Shown here one piece after another: positions 37,275 through 47,500 of a stretch of DNA of 64,000 nucleotides (positions are counted from its first letter, which is position 1; every line of letters begins with the position of its first letter). The position numbers and the translations under genes were made by a program. The notes under the pieces are model-generated. The model did not search any database, was not told where the DNA came from, and saw only the letters and a list, made by a program, of their open reading frames with translations. Source of the stretch: Candidatus Levyibacteriota bacterium (GTDB taxonomy: Bacteria > Patescibacteriota > Microgenomatia > Levybacterales > UBA12049). The DNA is taken from the NCBI GenBank assembly GCA_052034235.1, contig JBPOIT010000008.1:532-64531 (forward strand), read 5' to 3'.

Positions 37275-39041
37275 ATGAAAAAGCTTTTTGTATGGGTACT
37301 CACTTTTTTCGCATTTCTGGTACCAAATCAGGTATTCGCAGATGATGGATGGGTAATTGATAACTTCAAATCAGACATCGCGATCCAGGAATCCGGAGAG
37401 GTGCGGATCGTTGAGACAATTGAAGCTGATTTTGGTTATCAATCAAAACACGGTATTTACCGCGATATACCATATGTGTATGAACGCAATGGAGAAAAAA
37501 CATATACAGAAATTACTGTTGAAAGTGTTACGCAAAACGATAAAAAAGCAACATACGAGACCTTGCGTATTGAAGGCTACATACGACTAAAGATCGGTGA
37601 GGAAGATAAAACGATTACCGGAAAAAATTACTATACTGTCGCATATAAAGCAAAAGGTGTTTTAAGAAGTTTTTCGAACTATGACGAGTTGTACTGGAAT
37701 GTGACTGGCAATGGCTGGCCAGTCGGGATCACACGAGCTGAGGCAGTTGTAACACTACCCAAAGAAGGCCTCATAAAAATAACCTGTTTTGAAGGCTATC
37801 TTGGTTCAGCAAACGCCTGCCAATATACGCAGGACTCACCGCAACTTGCCCGTTTCGAAACGATACAGCCTCTTGAGACAACACAAGGCCTGACAATTGT
37901 CGCAGGATACACCAAAGGCATGGTTCCAATCCTGATTGTTGAGAGACCTAAAGAATTCTGGGAAAAATTCATCGAATGGCCATCCCTGATGACACTTGCG
38001 TTAGGCCTTATTGGTGGTATCGGCACAATTTTATATTTGTGGAATAAGTATGGGAGAGATTATTGGTTTGCTCAAAATATTTTTGGTAAACCCGATGATC
38101 CAGGTGTCAAAAAACCAATTGGTGCACACGAAACGGTTACCGTTGAATTTACTCCACCTGAAAAACTTCGACCTGCCGAAATCGGTGTGCTTATGGACGA
38201 GGTCGCACATACGCAAGATGTCGTCGCAACGATTATTGACCTCGCAACAAGAGGCTTTTTGACGATAACTGAAATTCCAAAAAAATGGCTTTTTGGCTCG
38301 GTTGATTACGAACTGACAAAAAGAGAAAAAGACACAGTAGAACTCTTAGGTTATGAAAAAATGCTCTATGATAATCTCTTTTCAGGAAGAAAAACGGTAA
38401 AGGTTTCGAGTCTAAAAACAACATTTTATGACGATTTAGAAAAGGTAAAAAAAGAACTTTATAAAGAAGTCATCGCCAAAAAACTCTTTACATCAAATCC
38501 TGAAAGTGTCAGAAGTACGTATCTAGGTATTGGCATAGCTGCATTAATAATTGGTATCGTTAGTATCGTCATGAGTGTTTCAGCTGATTTTGTGTTTGGT
38601 GCAGACATTGGAGTTGGTGCGCTTGTTAGTGGGATTCTGCTGCTGAGCGTCTCAAAATATATGCCAAGACGTACTGCTTATGGAAGGGAAATATACAGAC
38701 GAGTAAAAGGATATCGTTTGTTTATCGACAAAGCTGAGAAATACAGACAACAATATTTTGAACGCAAAAATATGTTTAATGAAGTTTTGCCTTACGCTAT
38801 AACCTTTGGTATTACTGAAAAATTCGCTAAACAAATGCAGGATTTAGGTGTCCAAACAACGCAAACTGGCTGGTATAGTGGAACCCATCCAATTACCTCT
38901 CCACATTTTGCATCAAACATCAATCATTTCTCAAGTTCACTTTCAACGGCCATTGCTTCAACTCCATCATCAAGCGGCGGATTCTCAAGCGGGGGATCAA
39001 GTGGAGGAGGATTTGGCGGCGGCGGTGGCGGCAGCTGGTAA
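37275..39041 (+). CDS. DUF2207-family membrane protein with Gly-rich C-terminal tail
   Basis: 588 aa with signal peptide, large extracytoplasmic domain, two TM helices and a GGFSSGGSSGGGFGGGGGGSW tail, as in DUF2207 proteins. Confidence 0.6.
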   Translation: MKKLFVWVLTFFAFLVPNQVFADDGWVIDNFKSDIAIQESGEVRIVETIEADFGYQSKHGIYRDIPYVYERNGEKTYTEITVESVTQNDKKATYETLRIEGYIRLKIGEEDKTITGKNYYTVAYKAKGVLRSFSNYDELYWNVTGNGWPVGITRAEAVVTLPKEGLIKITCFEGYLGSANACQYTQDSPQLARFETIQPLETTQGLTIVAGYTKGMVPILIVERPKEFWEKFIEWPSLMTLALGLIGGIGTILYLWNKYGRDYWFAQNIFGKPDDPGVKKPIGAHETVTVEFTPPEKLRPAEIGVLMDEVAHTQDVVATIIDLATRGFLTITEIPKKWLFGSVDYELTKREKDTVELLGYEKMLYDNLFSGRKTVKVSSLKTTFYDDLEKVKKELYKEVIAKKLFTSNPESVRSTYLGIGIAALIIGIVSIVMSVSADFVFGADIGVGALVSGILLLSVSKYMPRRTAYGREIYRRVKGYRLFIDKAEKYRQQYFERKNMFNEVLPYAITFGITEKFAKQMQDLGVQTTQTGWYSGTHPITSPHFASNINHFSSSLSTAIASTPSSSGGFSSGGSSGGGFGGGGGGSW

Positions 39042-39054
39042 AATAAAATCTAAT

Positions 39055-39480
39055 CTACATTTTTCCACCGTTTTTATCAAATTGTGCTACACCTTCTAGA
39101 ATAATTTTTTTCAATACTGTTAAATCGATATCTTTGGTATGTTTAATTCGTATACAGCTACGTCCGATACTCGCCTTTGGTAATTGTTCTTTATGTTTTT
39201 CAGCGACATACTGTGTACCATCACTCGCACAAACATACACTGAAATATAATTTTTCTGACTTGCAAGACCGATCAAATGCCAATCACCTTCTTGGCCGCT
39301 TTTTGTTTTATAGTGAAATTTACGAAACCCAATCATGCCGTACCCAATTTCGGGTGGATACTGAGGAATTGTTTTTGTTATAAGATCAAATAATACTTTC
39401 ATTTCACTTTTACGAGGTTCTTCAAGGTTTTCGATGTATTCTTCAGGTGTTTTCGCATCAAGCGATTTAAACATGTTCAT
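39055..39480 (-). CDS. DUF1801 (YdhG-like) domain protein
   Basis: 141 aa. Pattern consistent with DUF1801. Confidence 0.45.
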   Translation of the reverse strand: MNMFKSLDAKTPEEYIENLEEPRKSEMKVLFDLITKTIPQYPPEIGYGMIGFRKFHYKTKSGQEGDWHLIGLASQKNYISVYVCASDGTQYVAEKHKEQLPKASIGRSCIRIKHTKDIDLTVLKKIILEGVAQFDKNGGKM

Positions 39481-39485
39481 ATGAG

Positions 39486-40013
39486 TTATTGTAACATAGC
39501 TATTTTCTTAATGGTATTCCAATTCCGGGTAGTGACTTTCTTGCCAAACCTCTTATCAATAATATTCATTGCATCTGTTGATTTTCCACCAGTATACAAA
39601 GTAGAAAAGAGTTCATATTTCGTAGCACTAATAATACTAAATGTTTTATCTGGTGATTCATAGGGAATTGTCAAAACATTTTTTGTATTCGGAGTAAGAA
39701 AAGAAACATAGAGTTTAACATCAACACTCCCCCCTTCCTTAAAAGGATTGGCAAGAATAAGTTCATGCAGATATTCTTTCGTCCGTATTTGAACAATAAT
39801 CTCAAATCCAAATACTTCCCGAAGTTTGCTTTCGATTTGACGCACCAATACTGGCTCATCAGAAGTTTCACTTTCAAAAAGTACGTTGCCACTTGCGAGT
39901 AGTGTTCTAACATTTGCAAAACCGATCTCCTCAAAACTTTTTTTGAGAATATCCATCTTAACAGTTTTCCCTCCAACATTAATTCCGCGTAAAAACGCTA
40001 CGTACATTTTCAA
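39486..40013 (-). CDS. DUF1697 domain protein
   Basis: MKMYVAFLRGINVGGKTVKM N-terminus is the DUF1697 signature. Confidence 0.65.
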   Translation of the reverse strand: MKMYVAFLRGINVGGKTVKMDILKKSFEEIGFANVRTLLASGNVLFESETSDEPVLVRQIESKLREVFGFEIIVQIRTKEYLHELILANPFKEGGSVDVKLYVSFLTPNTKNVLTIPYESPDKTFSIISATKYELFSTLYTGGKSTDAMNIIDKRFGKKVTTRNWNTIKKIAMLQ

Positions 40014-40588
40014 TACAGTTTTTCTCCTTTCTCAAGCATCACGATGAATTGTTGTATGCGACGCTCAACTGTTTCTGGTTTTTTTGCTGTTTGAAGACGA
40101 AATCCTATTGCGTATTTATTTGTTTTATTCAGAGATTCAAACATCACTTTCGCTTTCTTATTTTTTTCAAGCGCTTGCAAAAAAGCCTCAGGCAATGTCA
40201 TTGACAAAGGGGATGCATATGCGTTGTCCCACCTGCCATCAGCCTTTGCAGCTTCAACTGCAGCTATGCCAGATGGTTTCATTTTTCCCAATTTGGTGAG
40301 TCGTTTGACATGTTCAGTATTAATTTTTGACCAGATACTTTTTGATCCGCGTGGTGTAAATTTTTGTTTGTATGATTTTTCATCAATGCTTTTTAATTGA
40401 CTATCAATCCAACCATAACACAAACTAACCTGAACAGCTTCAGCATAACTCACTGTGGGAACACCGGAATTTTTTTTAAATATTTGAAGCCAAATACCTT
40501 TTGAGGTTTCATGGTTTTTTGCAAGCCATGCCTCAAACGTATCAACTGTGGGGAAAGGAATAATTGGTAATTCAATTGCATCCTTCAT
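40010..40588 (-). CDS. YdeI/OmpD-associated family protein
   Basis: C-terminal FTPRGSKSIWSKIN...KADGRWDNAY pattern. The track ORF is over-extended; the likely start is the Met at 40588. Confidence 0.5.
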   Translation of the reverse strand: MKDAIELPIIPFPTVDTFEAWLAKNHETSKGIWLQIFKKNSGVPTVSYAEAVQVSLCYGWIDSQLKSIDEKSYKQKFTPRGSKSIWSKINTEHVKRLTKLGKMKPSGIAAVEAAKADGRWDNAYASPLSMTLPEAFLQALEKNKKAKVMFESLNKTNKYAIGFRLQTAKKPETVERRIQQFIVMLEKGEKLY

Positions 40589-40598
40589 ATAAGAAACT

Positions 40599-40907
40599 TT
40601 AAGACTTTTCGCCCCATTTTGCAAGTGATGCAAAAATATCACTCAGAGACTCACCTTTTTTTGTTAAATCATACTCAACATGAAGGGGCACTTCTGCAAA
40701 TACTTTTTTAGTAACAATACCTTCCTGTTCCAGCTCCTGCAATCTTTGTGAGAGTGTTTTTGGACTAATTCCAGGCAAAGCACGCTGCAAACTGCCAAAG
40801 CGATTATTTCCATTAAATAAATTATGGATAATAAGCATCGTCCATTTGCTGCCGATAACTTTAAGTGTTTTGGTTACCGGACAATTATCTGGAATTGTTT
40901 CTTTCAT
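40599..40907 (-). CDS. HxlR family transcriptional regulator
   Basis: CPVTKTLKVIGSKWTMLII...GSLQRALPGISPKTLSQRLQELEQEGIV matches HxlR winged-HTH. Confidence 0.8.
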   Translation of the reverse strand: MKETIPDNCPVTKTLKVIGSKWTMLIIHNLFNGNNRFGSLQRALPGISPKTLSQRLQELEQEGIVTKKVFAEVPLHVEYDLTKKGESLSDIFASLAKWGEKS

Positions 40908-40973
40908 ACTTTACTAATTGTAAGTACTTTACATATGAAAGTACCTTCTGTTAGTATAGCATAAAGAGAGGAG

Positions 40974-41588
40974 GTGAGCAACTTGGACACACTTGCAAAT
41001 AAAGAAATCGTTGAAAAAACACTACACGCATTAAAGGAAAATAACATAACAGGATTGTTTGTTGAGACGGGTGAGGAAGCAAAACAAAAGGTTTTGGAAC
41101 TTATACCCAAACATGCAGAAGTTATGACAATGACTTCAGTCACAACTGATTCAATCGGACTCGCCGATGTCATTAACAAATCTGGCGACTATAACGCAGT
41201 TATGCCAAAGCTTTATAGTTTGGATCGTGAAACACAAGGTCTCGAAATGCAAAAACTAGGAGCAGCACCAGAATGGGCTGTTGGTAGTGTACACGCAGTT
41301 ACGCAGGAAGGACATGTGGTTATTGCATCAAACACGGGAAGTCAGCTTCCTGGATATGCATACGGTTCACAACACGTTATCTGGATTGTCGGCACACAAA
41401 AAATTGTTGAAAATCTTGATGGCGCAATGAAACGTATTTATGACTATGTGCTTCCACTTGAATCAGACCGTGCGCACAAAGCATACGGTGTTGATGGAAG
41501 TAACGTCAGCAAAATGCTTATCGTCAACAAAGAGGTAAATCCGCAAAGAATTACACTTATTTTTGTAAACGAAAAACTAGGATTCTAG
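40974..41588 (+). CDS. LUD-domain (LutC/YkgG-like, DUF162) protein
   Basis: 204 aa. N-terminal region consistent with the LUD domain. Family call from overall pattern. Confidence 0.5.
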   Translation: MSNLDTLANKEIVEKTLHALKENNITGLFVETGEEAKQKVLELIPKHAEVMTMTSVTTDSIGLADVINKSGDYNAVMPKLYSLDRETQGLEMQKLGAAPEWAVGSVHAVTQEGHVVIASNTGSQLPGYAYGSQHVIWIVGTQKIVENLDGAMKRIYDYVLPLESDRAHKAYGVDGSNVSKMLIVNKEVNPQRITLIFVNEKLGF

Positions 41589-41634
41589 TTAAGAGCAGAG
41601 CAACGAAAAGTAAGCCCGATTCGTCGGGCTTTCG

Positions 41635-42021
41635 TTGTATAATGGGTGTATGCAGCCGACCTATGTTTTTATCGCCAGCGGCATTGGCATTACACCATTT
41701 CGAAGTATTATAAAAAATCTTATAGATACAAAGAGAAATGAATCAATTCTTCTTTTGTACCGGGCCAAACGTAAAGAATTTTTATTTGAGGATATTTTTG
41801 AACAAGCTGAGGAAAGGGGAGTCGTGACACGCTACATTAAAGATGATACACATCTTGATCAAGCATTGATAAAACACCATATTACCAACCCATTAACACC
41901 CATATATTACCTCTCAGGACCACAACATATTATCGAAACACAAAGACAATTACTTATGGATATGGGAGTTGATCAAACACACATCAAAACAGATCTGTTT
42001 AGCGGGTATGAGAAAGTCTGA
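41635..42021 (+). CDS. orphan NAD(P)-binding domain of an FNR-like oxidoreductase (probable gene remnant)
   Basis: 128 aa corresponding only to the C-terminal Rossmann half (YVFIASGIGITPFRSI...YLSGPQHII). No FAD-binding domain, and only 46 bp of upstream space. Confidence 0.4.
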   Translation: MYNGCMQPTYVFIASGIGITPFRSIIKNLIDTKRNESILLLYRAKRKEFLFEDIFEQAEERGVVTRYIKDDTHLDQALIKHHITNPLTPIYYLSGPQHIIETQRQLLMDMGVDQTHIKTDLFSGYEKV

Positions 42022-42778
42022 GTGCGTCTTCAATTGTGTATGCTCCAACCCGTGTCCGCTTAATATCGAGTGCAATTGCTCCTGTCCCGAGAAATGCACC
42101 TAATTCATAAACAAGACCACGTACATACGTACCGCTTGAACACGAGATACGAAACTTAGCAGTTTGAAACGTTTTTGCGTGATGTTTCATAAAAAATGTT
42201 TCCCATGCTTTATGAATCTCTTCCTGCCTAAAATCTCCTTTTATACGCTCAATCATTTCAGTAATTCGTTTTTTTAAGTCCTTATTTTCTATTTGGTCAA
42301 AATCTGTAACTGCAAAGTCAAAGACTGTTACTTCCTTTTTAGGGATTATAATTTCAGAAAGTTTCCCATTTCGCGCCCACCAGAAAAGCGGCTTGCCGCC
42401 AACCGTTTTTGATGAGTAGGGGGGATATGATTGTACTATTGTTCCTGCGTGCTTCTTTACAAAATTATTTACCTTTTCATTGACAATTAATGCAGTTTGG
42501 GATGCATTTTTTTGCAATAAGCCCAGCACATCATAGGTATCAGTGTCACAACCAAACAACACTTCAAATTCATAGACCTTATCCAAATGTATATACGTGT
42601 CGCGCTCTTTCGTCGCTTCTCCTAGCATAAGAAGCATCACACCATGTGCCATTGGATCAAGTCTGCCGGCATAACCGATGGTAACATCCTGATACTCAGG
42701 AAACGATAGGCGCAGCTCTTTAATGAGCTCAAGTGGCGTCGAACCTATTGGTTTGTAAACACTTAGCACTTTATTCAT
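41999..42778 (-). CDS. truB: tRNA pseudouridine(55) synthase TruB
   Basis: GYAGRLDPMAHGVMLLMLGEATK catalytic motif. Start set at the internal Met (MNKVLSVYKP); the track ORF is over-extended. Confidence 0.85.
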   Translation of the reverse strand: MNKVLSVYKPIGSTPLELIKELRLSFPEYQDVTIGYAGRLDPMAHGVMLLMLGEATKERDTYIHLDKVYEFEVLFGCDTDTYDVLGLLQKNASQTALIVNEKVNNFVKKHAGTIVQSYPPYSSKTVGGKPLFWWARNGKLSEIIIPKKEVTVFDFAVTDFDQIENKDLKKRITEMIERIKGDFRQEEIHKAWETFFMKHHAKTFQTAKFRISCSSGTYVRGLVYELGAFLGTGAIALDIKRTRVGAYTIEDALRLSHTR

Positions 42779-42876
42779 TGAACACATTATAGAGCATAGA
42801 GAAAATTTGCCAATCTCAAGGCTATCTGGTATAGTTAATTCAGGAGATACATTACGCACACACCGCACCATAATAC

Positions 42877-44160
42877 ATGGAAATAGCCCTTATACTTATA
42901 TTAATTATCCTTAACGGTGTCTTTGCAATGGCGGAGATTGCGATTCTTTCAGCCAAAAAATCCCGACTCCAAAAACTTGCAAATGATGATAATAAAAACG
43001 CCCAAACCGCACTCGAGCTTGCACAACACCCCAACAAACTTCTCTCAACAGTACAAATTGGTATAACGTTGATTGGTATTCTCGCTGGTGCTTATGGAGG
43101 AACTGCCGTTGCTGAAACGCTCGCCGTTTCGGTAAATACAATTCCACTTCTTGCACCATATAGTGGACCAATTTCATTTGGACTGGTTGTGGGTATAATA
43201 ACGTTTCTTTCACTCATCATTGGAGAAATCGTTCCGAAACGCCTCGCACTTTTAAATCCTGAAAAAATTGCAGTCAGCATCGCACAGCCCATGAGCACAC
43301 TTTCCAAACTTGCGTCACCCCTCGTTTCAATTCTTAGTTTTTCAACTGATTTTGTTTTAAAATTTCTTCCAATCCCAAAATCAAAGGAATCTCAAGTCAG
43401 TGATGAAGAAGTCAAATTGCTCCTTCGGGAAGGTACACAAATTGGTGTTTTTGAAACAGCTGAGCAGGATATCGTTGAACGGACACTAAAATTAAGTGAT
43501 AAGCGAGTTAATGCGCTTATGAGCCCACGATCAGAAATTAATTGGCTTATCGTTGACGCACCTGTTTCACATATTAGGAGCAAACTTAACAATAGTGCTC
43601 ATTCACATTATCCTGTCTGCCGTGACTCACTTGATAGTGTTATGGGTGTTGTCAAAACGTCTGATGTTTTGGTTGATTATTTACTTGATGAGAAAATTGA
43701 TCTCAAGAAATCTCTTCATAAGCCGCTTTTTGTTCCTGAAAGTATGCCTGCATTTCGACTGTTAGAACTTTTCAAAAAATCAGGTATTCATATGGCTCTT
43801 GTCATTGACGAATACGGCAGCATTAAAGGTCTTGTGTCACTGACTGATTTACTTGAAGAGATCGTCGGCGATATACCGGACATTGATGATCTTGAAGATC
43901 AGGAAATCACCAAACATGACGAAAACTCATGGCTCGTAAATGGTGCGTTGCCTATTGAAGAATTTAAGGATTATTTCCATATCAGAAAAATCCCATCAGA
44001 AAAAACTGGTGTCTACCACACAATTGGAGGATTTGTCATGAACAAATTAGGTAAGATACCAATAACAGGAGATAAAATTGAATGGGGCGAATATAGTTTT
44101 GAAATTGTAGATATGGATGGAAATAGGATTGATAAAATCCTCGTTACCAAACTTACGTAA
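42877..44160 (+). CDS. hemolysin-like/CNNM transporter (DUF21 - CBS pair - CorC_HlyC)
   Basis: N-terminal four-TM DUF21, tandem CBS domains, C-terminal CorC/HlyC transporter-associated domain. Confidence 0.8.
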   Translation: MEIALILILIILNGVFAMAEIAILSAKKSRLQKLANDDNKNAQTALELAQHPNKLLSTVQIGITLIGILAGAYGGTAVAETLAVSVNTIPLLAPYSGPISFGLVVGIITFLSLIIGEIVPKRLALLNPEKIAVSIAQPMSTLSKLASPLVSILSFSTDFVLKFLPIPKSKESQVSDEEVKLLLREGTQIGVFETAEQDIVERTLKLSDKRVNALMSPRSEINWLIVDAPVSHIRSKLNNSAHSHYPVCRDSLDSVMGVVKTSDVLVDYLLDEKIDLKKSLHKPLFVPESMPAFRLLELFKKSGIHMALVIDEYGSIKGLVSLTDLLEEIVGDIPDIDDLEDQEITKHDENSWLVNGALPIEEFKDYFHIRKIPSEKTGVYHTIGGFVMNKLGKIPITGDKIEWGEYSFEIVDMDGNRIDKILVTKLT

Positions 44161-44809
44161 AGAGTTTAAATTTGCGTGCGGTTTTCTCAACAATAACGAT
44201 AACACCAAACCACAAGAGTCCTGCAATATAGCCTGCTAAAACATCACTTGGGTAGTGCACTCCGAGATAAATTCTGCTTAACCCAATTAGACCAATAAGT
44301 ACACCAAAAAACGAAACACTCAGGATGCGTACTTTCACATTTTTTGTGTTGCGATTAATGAAATAGGCGAGACATACATAAAAAATAAATGAATTCATTG
44401 CATGTCCTGAGGGAAAACTATACGTTGATTCAAACATGAGCGGCTGATATTCAGGGCGTGGCCGTTGATATATAAATTTTAATAATAAATTTATTATAGT
44501 GCCAAAAACTAAAAGCACGGTGAAATTAAATGTTGAGACTTTATGCTTTTTATACAGGAGACCAAGTAATACCACTATGCCGCAGGTTATAAAAATTTCT
44601 CCCCCAAAGAAAGTAATTACTTTCATAACTGCTGTAAGGGATTCACTACGAAACGAATAAACCCAGTCAATAATTGATTTATCAAAATTGCTTAAATTAT
44701 GAGTAAAAATAACAAGAAAAAACGAGAGGTAGGCAATAATAGCAAGGACTCCAACTGCAAGCTCAGCTCCTATGATAAGAACAGCAGGTAAAAAAGATTT
44801 GTTAGGCAT
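44153..44809 (-). CDS. PAP2 family phosphatase (undecaprenyl-diphosphatase-like)
   Basis: PAP2 motifs KxxxxxxRP (YQRPRP), PSGH (SFPSGHA) and SRxxxxxHxxxD (SRIYLGVHYPSD). Confidence 0.75.
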   Translation of the reverse strand: MPNKSFLPAVLIIGAELAVGVLAIIAYLSFFLVIFTHNLSNFDKSIIDWVYSFRSESLTAVMKVITFFGGEIFITCGIVVLLGLLYKKHKVSTFNFTVLLVFGTIINLLLKFIYQRPRPEYQPLMFESTYSFPSGHAMNSFIFYVCLAYFINRNTKNVKVRILSVSFFGVLIGLIGLSRIYLGVHYPSDVLAGYIAGLLWFGVIVIVEKTARKFKLFT

Positions 44810-44831
44810 ACTCTTATCCTAACATAAAAAA

Positions 44832-44869
44832 ACTCCAGGTAAATATCGTACGTCTATTTACCTGGAGTA
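44832..44869 (-). terminator. rho-independent terminator (13-bp stem) for the small acidic-protein gene
   Basis: Perfect inverted repeat CTCCAGGTAAATA / TATTTACCTGGAG (44832-44844 and 44857-44869). On the minus strand it is followed by TTTTTTTAT (complement of 44821-44831). Confidence 0.5.
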
Positions 44870-44879
44870 AAACTATTTT

Positions 44880-45041
44880 AGCTTTGTTTTTCATCTTCAT
44901 CCATATTTTCTGTTTCTGTGGATGTCTCTGTATCCTCATTCACATCGGTTATCGCCTGATCAGTTTCAGTTGCCTGACCTCCTTTTTGCTGATCGTCTGT
45001 GTCTTCCTGGAATGGTTTCTTTTTCTTATCATCTACCATAC
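44880..45041 (-). CDS. small acidic protein, 53 aa
   Basis: Minus-strand ATG ORF MVDDKKKKPFQEDTDDQQKGGQATETDQAITDVNEDTETSTETENMDEDEKQS. Strong SD AAGGGGGTG 8 nt upstream. Followed by a terminator hairpin. Below the track length cutoff. Confidence 0.4.
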
Positions 45042-45158
45042 TTTTTTCACCCCCTTTCTTAAATTGTTATAAGAAGTTAATAGTACATGAGCCCATTAAG
45101 AATTCCGCAAAAGCCGGGTAAGAGTTCAATAATAGAGTGAGCCTTAATAACGAGATAT

Positions 45159-45533
45159 TTGTTCCGTTCTTACGTAATTATTAAACTCAACAGCTATAAT
45201 GCGTACATGAGTAAACGCGCACCTGATCCAATACTACAAGCTCTCAACAAGCTGTATCACTTTATAAGCCACCCTTACACCTTTGTTTTTGTTGTCCTGA
45301 TTATTTTAGGATGGTATGTCGCGGGATATGTCTATCATTTTTCAGAGGAGTGGTATAAGTTATTTCATATTTTTGAAATAACCGTGGCTCTGATTATGGT
45401 CTTTTTAATCGAACAAACCACGCACGCAGATAACAGAGCCATGCAGGAGAAGCTTGATGAGATCATTAAAAAAATGCCTGCAGCGGATAATAAAAAAATT
45501 GGTTTAGAGAGGCGTTATAAGGGCGGAAAGTAA
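45159..45533 (+). CDS. small membrane protein, possibly low-affinity iron permease family
   Basis: Two TM helices and a C-terminal FLIEQTTHADNRAMQEKLDEIIKK segment resembling the bacterial low-affinity iron permease family. Tentative. Confidence 0.4.
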   Translation: MFRSYVIIKLNSYNAYMSKRAPDPILQALNKLYHFISHPYTFVFVVLIILGWYVAGYVYHFSEEWYKLFHIFEITVALIMVFLIEQTTHADNRAMQEKLDEIIKKMPAADNKKIGLERRYKGGK

Positions 45534-45547
45534 TATAATCTTTCGTA

Positions 45548-46006
45548 CTAGCTTCGTGAATACACACCAATTAACTCATCATTTGCTACGACATGTCCTT
45601 CCATTGCATTTTCTACCATACTTTTAGTCACGCCTGACGCATCATCAAAATTCAGCATAGTATCGAGTGCAAAAAGTTTAAAGAAGTAGCGATGTTGTCC
45701 GTTTGGCGGACAAGCACCCTGATAAGCTGCACCACCACTCGTATTAAGCCCGACAGACCCCACAGGAGTTTTTCCTTCTTCAATAGTAGTAACAGTCGGA
45801 TCGATATTATAAACGACCCAATGATCCCACATGCCATCAGCTCGGAGGTTACGCGGAACATCAGGATCATCCATCAGAAGTACCAAACTCTTCGTGTCAG
45901 AAGGTACATCATGAAACGAAAGTGGAGGATTTATACTTTCTCCATCACAAGTATATTTTGCAGGTAGTGTTTGGTTATGTGCAAATGCGGAACTTGTGAT
46001 TTTCAT
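45548..46006 (-). CDS. YbhB/YbcL family PEBP (Raf-kinase-inhibitor-like) protein
   Basis: LLMDDPDVP and GQHRYFFKLFALD PEBP motifs. Confidence 0.8.
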   Translation of the reverse strand: MKITSSAFAHNQTLPAKYTCDGESINPPLSFHDVPSDTKSLVLLMDDPDVPRNLRADGMWDHWVVYNIDPTVTTIEEGKTPVGSVGLNTSGGAAYQGACPPNGQHRYFFKLFALDTMLNFDDASGVTKSMVENAMEGHVVANDELIGVYSRS

Positions 46007-46094
46007 GTGCCCAAATTGTAATGCAAAGATTCGAGTGAAACAATAAGGAAGATTATAGACGCGCTAGAAAGATTTATCTATGAATTCTATTTCT

Positions 46095-46673
46095 TTACGG
46101 TTGGGCTGTTGGAATTGGACGAATTTGCACAGTTACTGTATTCCCAACCTTAGGCTGTTCTTGAGGTATTGTTACGAATATATTCACTACATTCCCTGGA
46201 ATATTAGTATTTTGAACAAACCTTGTGTCTGATATTGTCACAACATTTGATGACGGAGTAGGAGTAGCTGTTGGTATTGCTGTATTGTCTTGAGGATTTG
46301 TAGGAGTTATGAGAGTAGGAGTTGGCGTAGCGGGTGTACTTGAGCTTTGTGTCGTATCACTACCGCCACGAGCAGCTTCATTCGTTGTTGGGTTTTGAGT
46401 TGCGTTAGATGAAGCATCTGATGCGTGATTAGTTGTTGCAACGATAGGTGTAGGAGATAGTATTATTCCTTTCTTCTGAGTCACTATTTTTTGCTCTTTC
46501 TTTTCTGTGGGAATCTTACTGGGCGATGGTGCAGCTATTGATTGTGTTTTTTCTAAAAGCTTTGCATCTACTGCCAAAAAATGTGAAGTCTTTGGTTGCA
46601 TTGCATAACTTAGAAAAGCTACAACAAATAAAAACAGTAGGCAGGACAAACTAATACTCATTCTTGTCCTCAT
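46095..46673 (-). CDS. secreted Thr/Pro-rich hypothetical protein
   Basis: Signal peptide followed by a long low-complexity T/P/S-rich region. Confidence 0.45.
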   Translation of the reverse strand: MRTRMSISLSCLLFLFVVAFLSYAMQPKTSHFLAVDAKLLEKTQSIAAPSPSKIPTEKKEQKIVTQKKGIILSPTPIVATTNHASDASSNATQNPTTNEAARGGSDTTQSSSTPATPTPTLITPTNPQDNTAIPTATPTPSSNVVTISDTRFVQNTNIPGNVVNIFVTIPQEQPKVGNTVTVQIRPIPTAQP

Positions 46674-46767
46674 AAATTTAACTAGGGGATTATATCATAC
46701 TATATCAAAAAAGGCAGTGATGATGATTCTACTAAATGAGATTTCTAACGGATTGGTATCTCGGTTA

Positions 46768-47268
46768 CTAAAGAGGTTTAATAAAAAATCCTATTATAAA
46801 CCATTTCCCATCGCGGTTAATTAACATTACTCTTATATTTGCAGGCCCTTTTTCAAATTGTGCTTTGACAGTATATTCTGCTCTCCTCGTTACATTTGGT
46901 ATAAAATTCCAAACATGCGCGCTAATTCCGGACTCACCTTCAGAGCCGGAATAGCTTATAAGTTTGCCATAGGTAGAAGAAGAATAGTTTAACAAATCAT
47001 CAATTTCTTTATCTGAAACAGTAGTGAGAAATGCCTCATCAGCACGAGATTTTAATTCACTCTTACTCCAGTTACTAAGTATTACTGGTACATTTCTATC
47101 AATATATACCTTACTTTCTTTATCTAAACGATCACCATGTTTAAAAGATTCAATAATAACACCAGTAAAGAGCAGCGCAATGTAGCTGCAATAAATAACT
47201 ACGATGATAAGTAGTACTCGAAGAAATCTCCTTATTTTGCCTGTTGGTTTTTTATTTCTGCTTGTCAT
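46768..47268 (-). CDS. membrane-anchored hypothetical protein
   Basis: N-terminal TM anchor and a 130-aa extracytoplasmic domain. No family recognised. Confidence 0.45.
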   Translation of the reverse strand: MTSRNKKPTGKIRRFLRVLLIIVVIYCSYIALLFTGVIIESFKHGDRLDKESKVYIDRNVPVILSNWSKSELKSRADEAFLTTVSDKEIDDLLNYSSSTYGKLISYSGSEGESGISAHVWNFIPNVTRRAEYTVKAQFEKGPANIRVMLINRDGKWFIIGFFIKPL

Positions 47269-47500
47269 ATATCTTTTATACGAGAAACGTATTATAACAT
47301 ATATTTCTATTTTATATAGGTCTATTTTAATTTATATTTAAGTTTATATATCGAAACTATGAAACATTTTTTAGTTATCTACTGTGCATATTAAATACCA
47401 GATTAGATAAATAATCTTGGTGTATGGAGCTAGTAATAATTCGTACAACTAGTAGGGTCTTTTTAAAAGCCACATGCTCAATAGATTGTGTTTTGATTTA

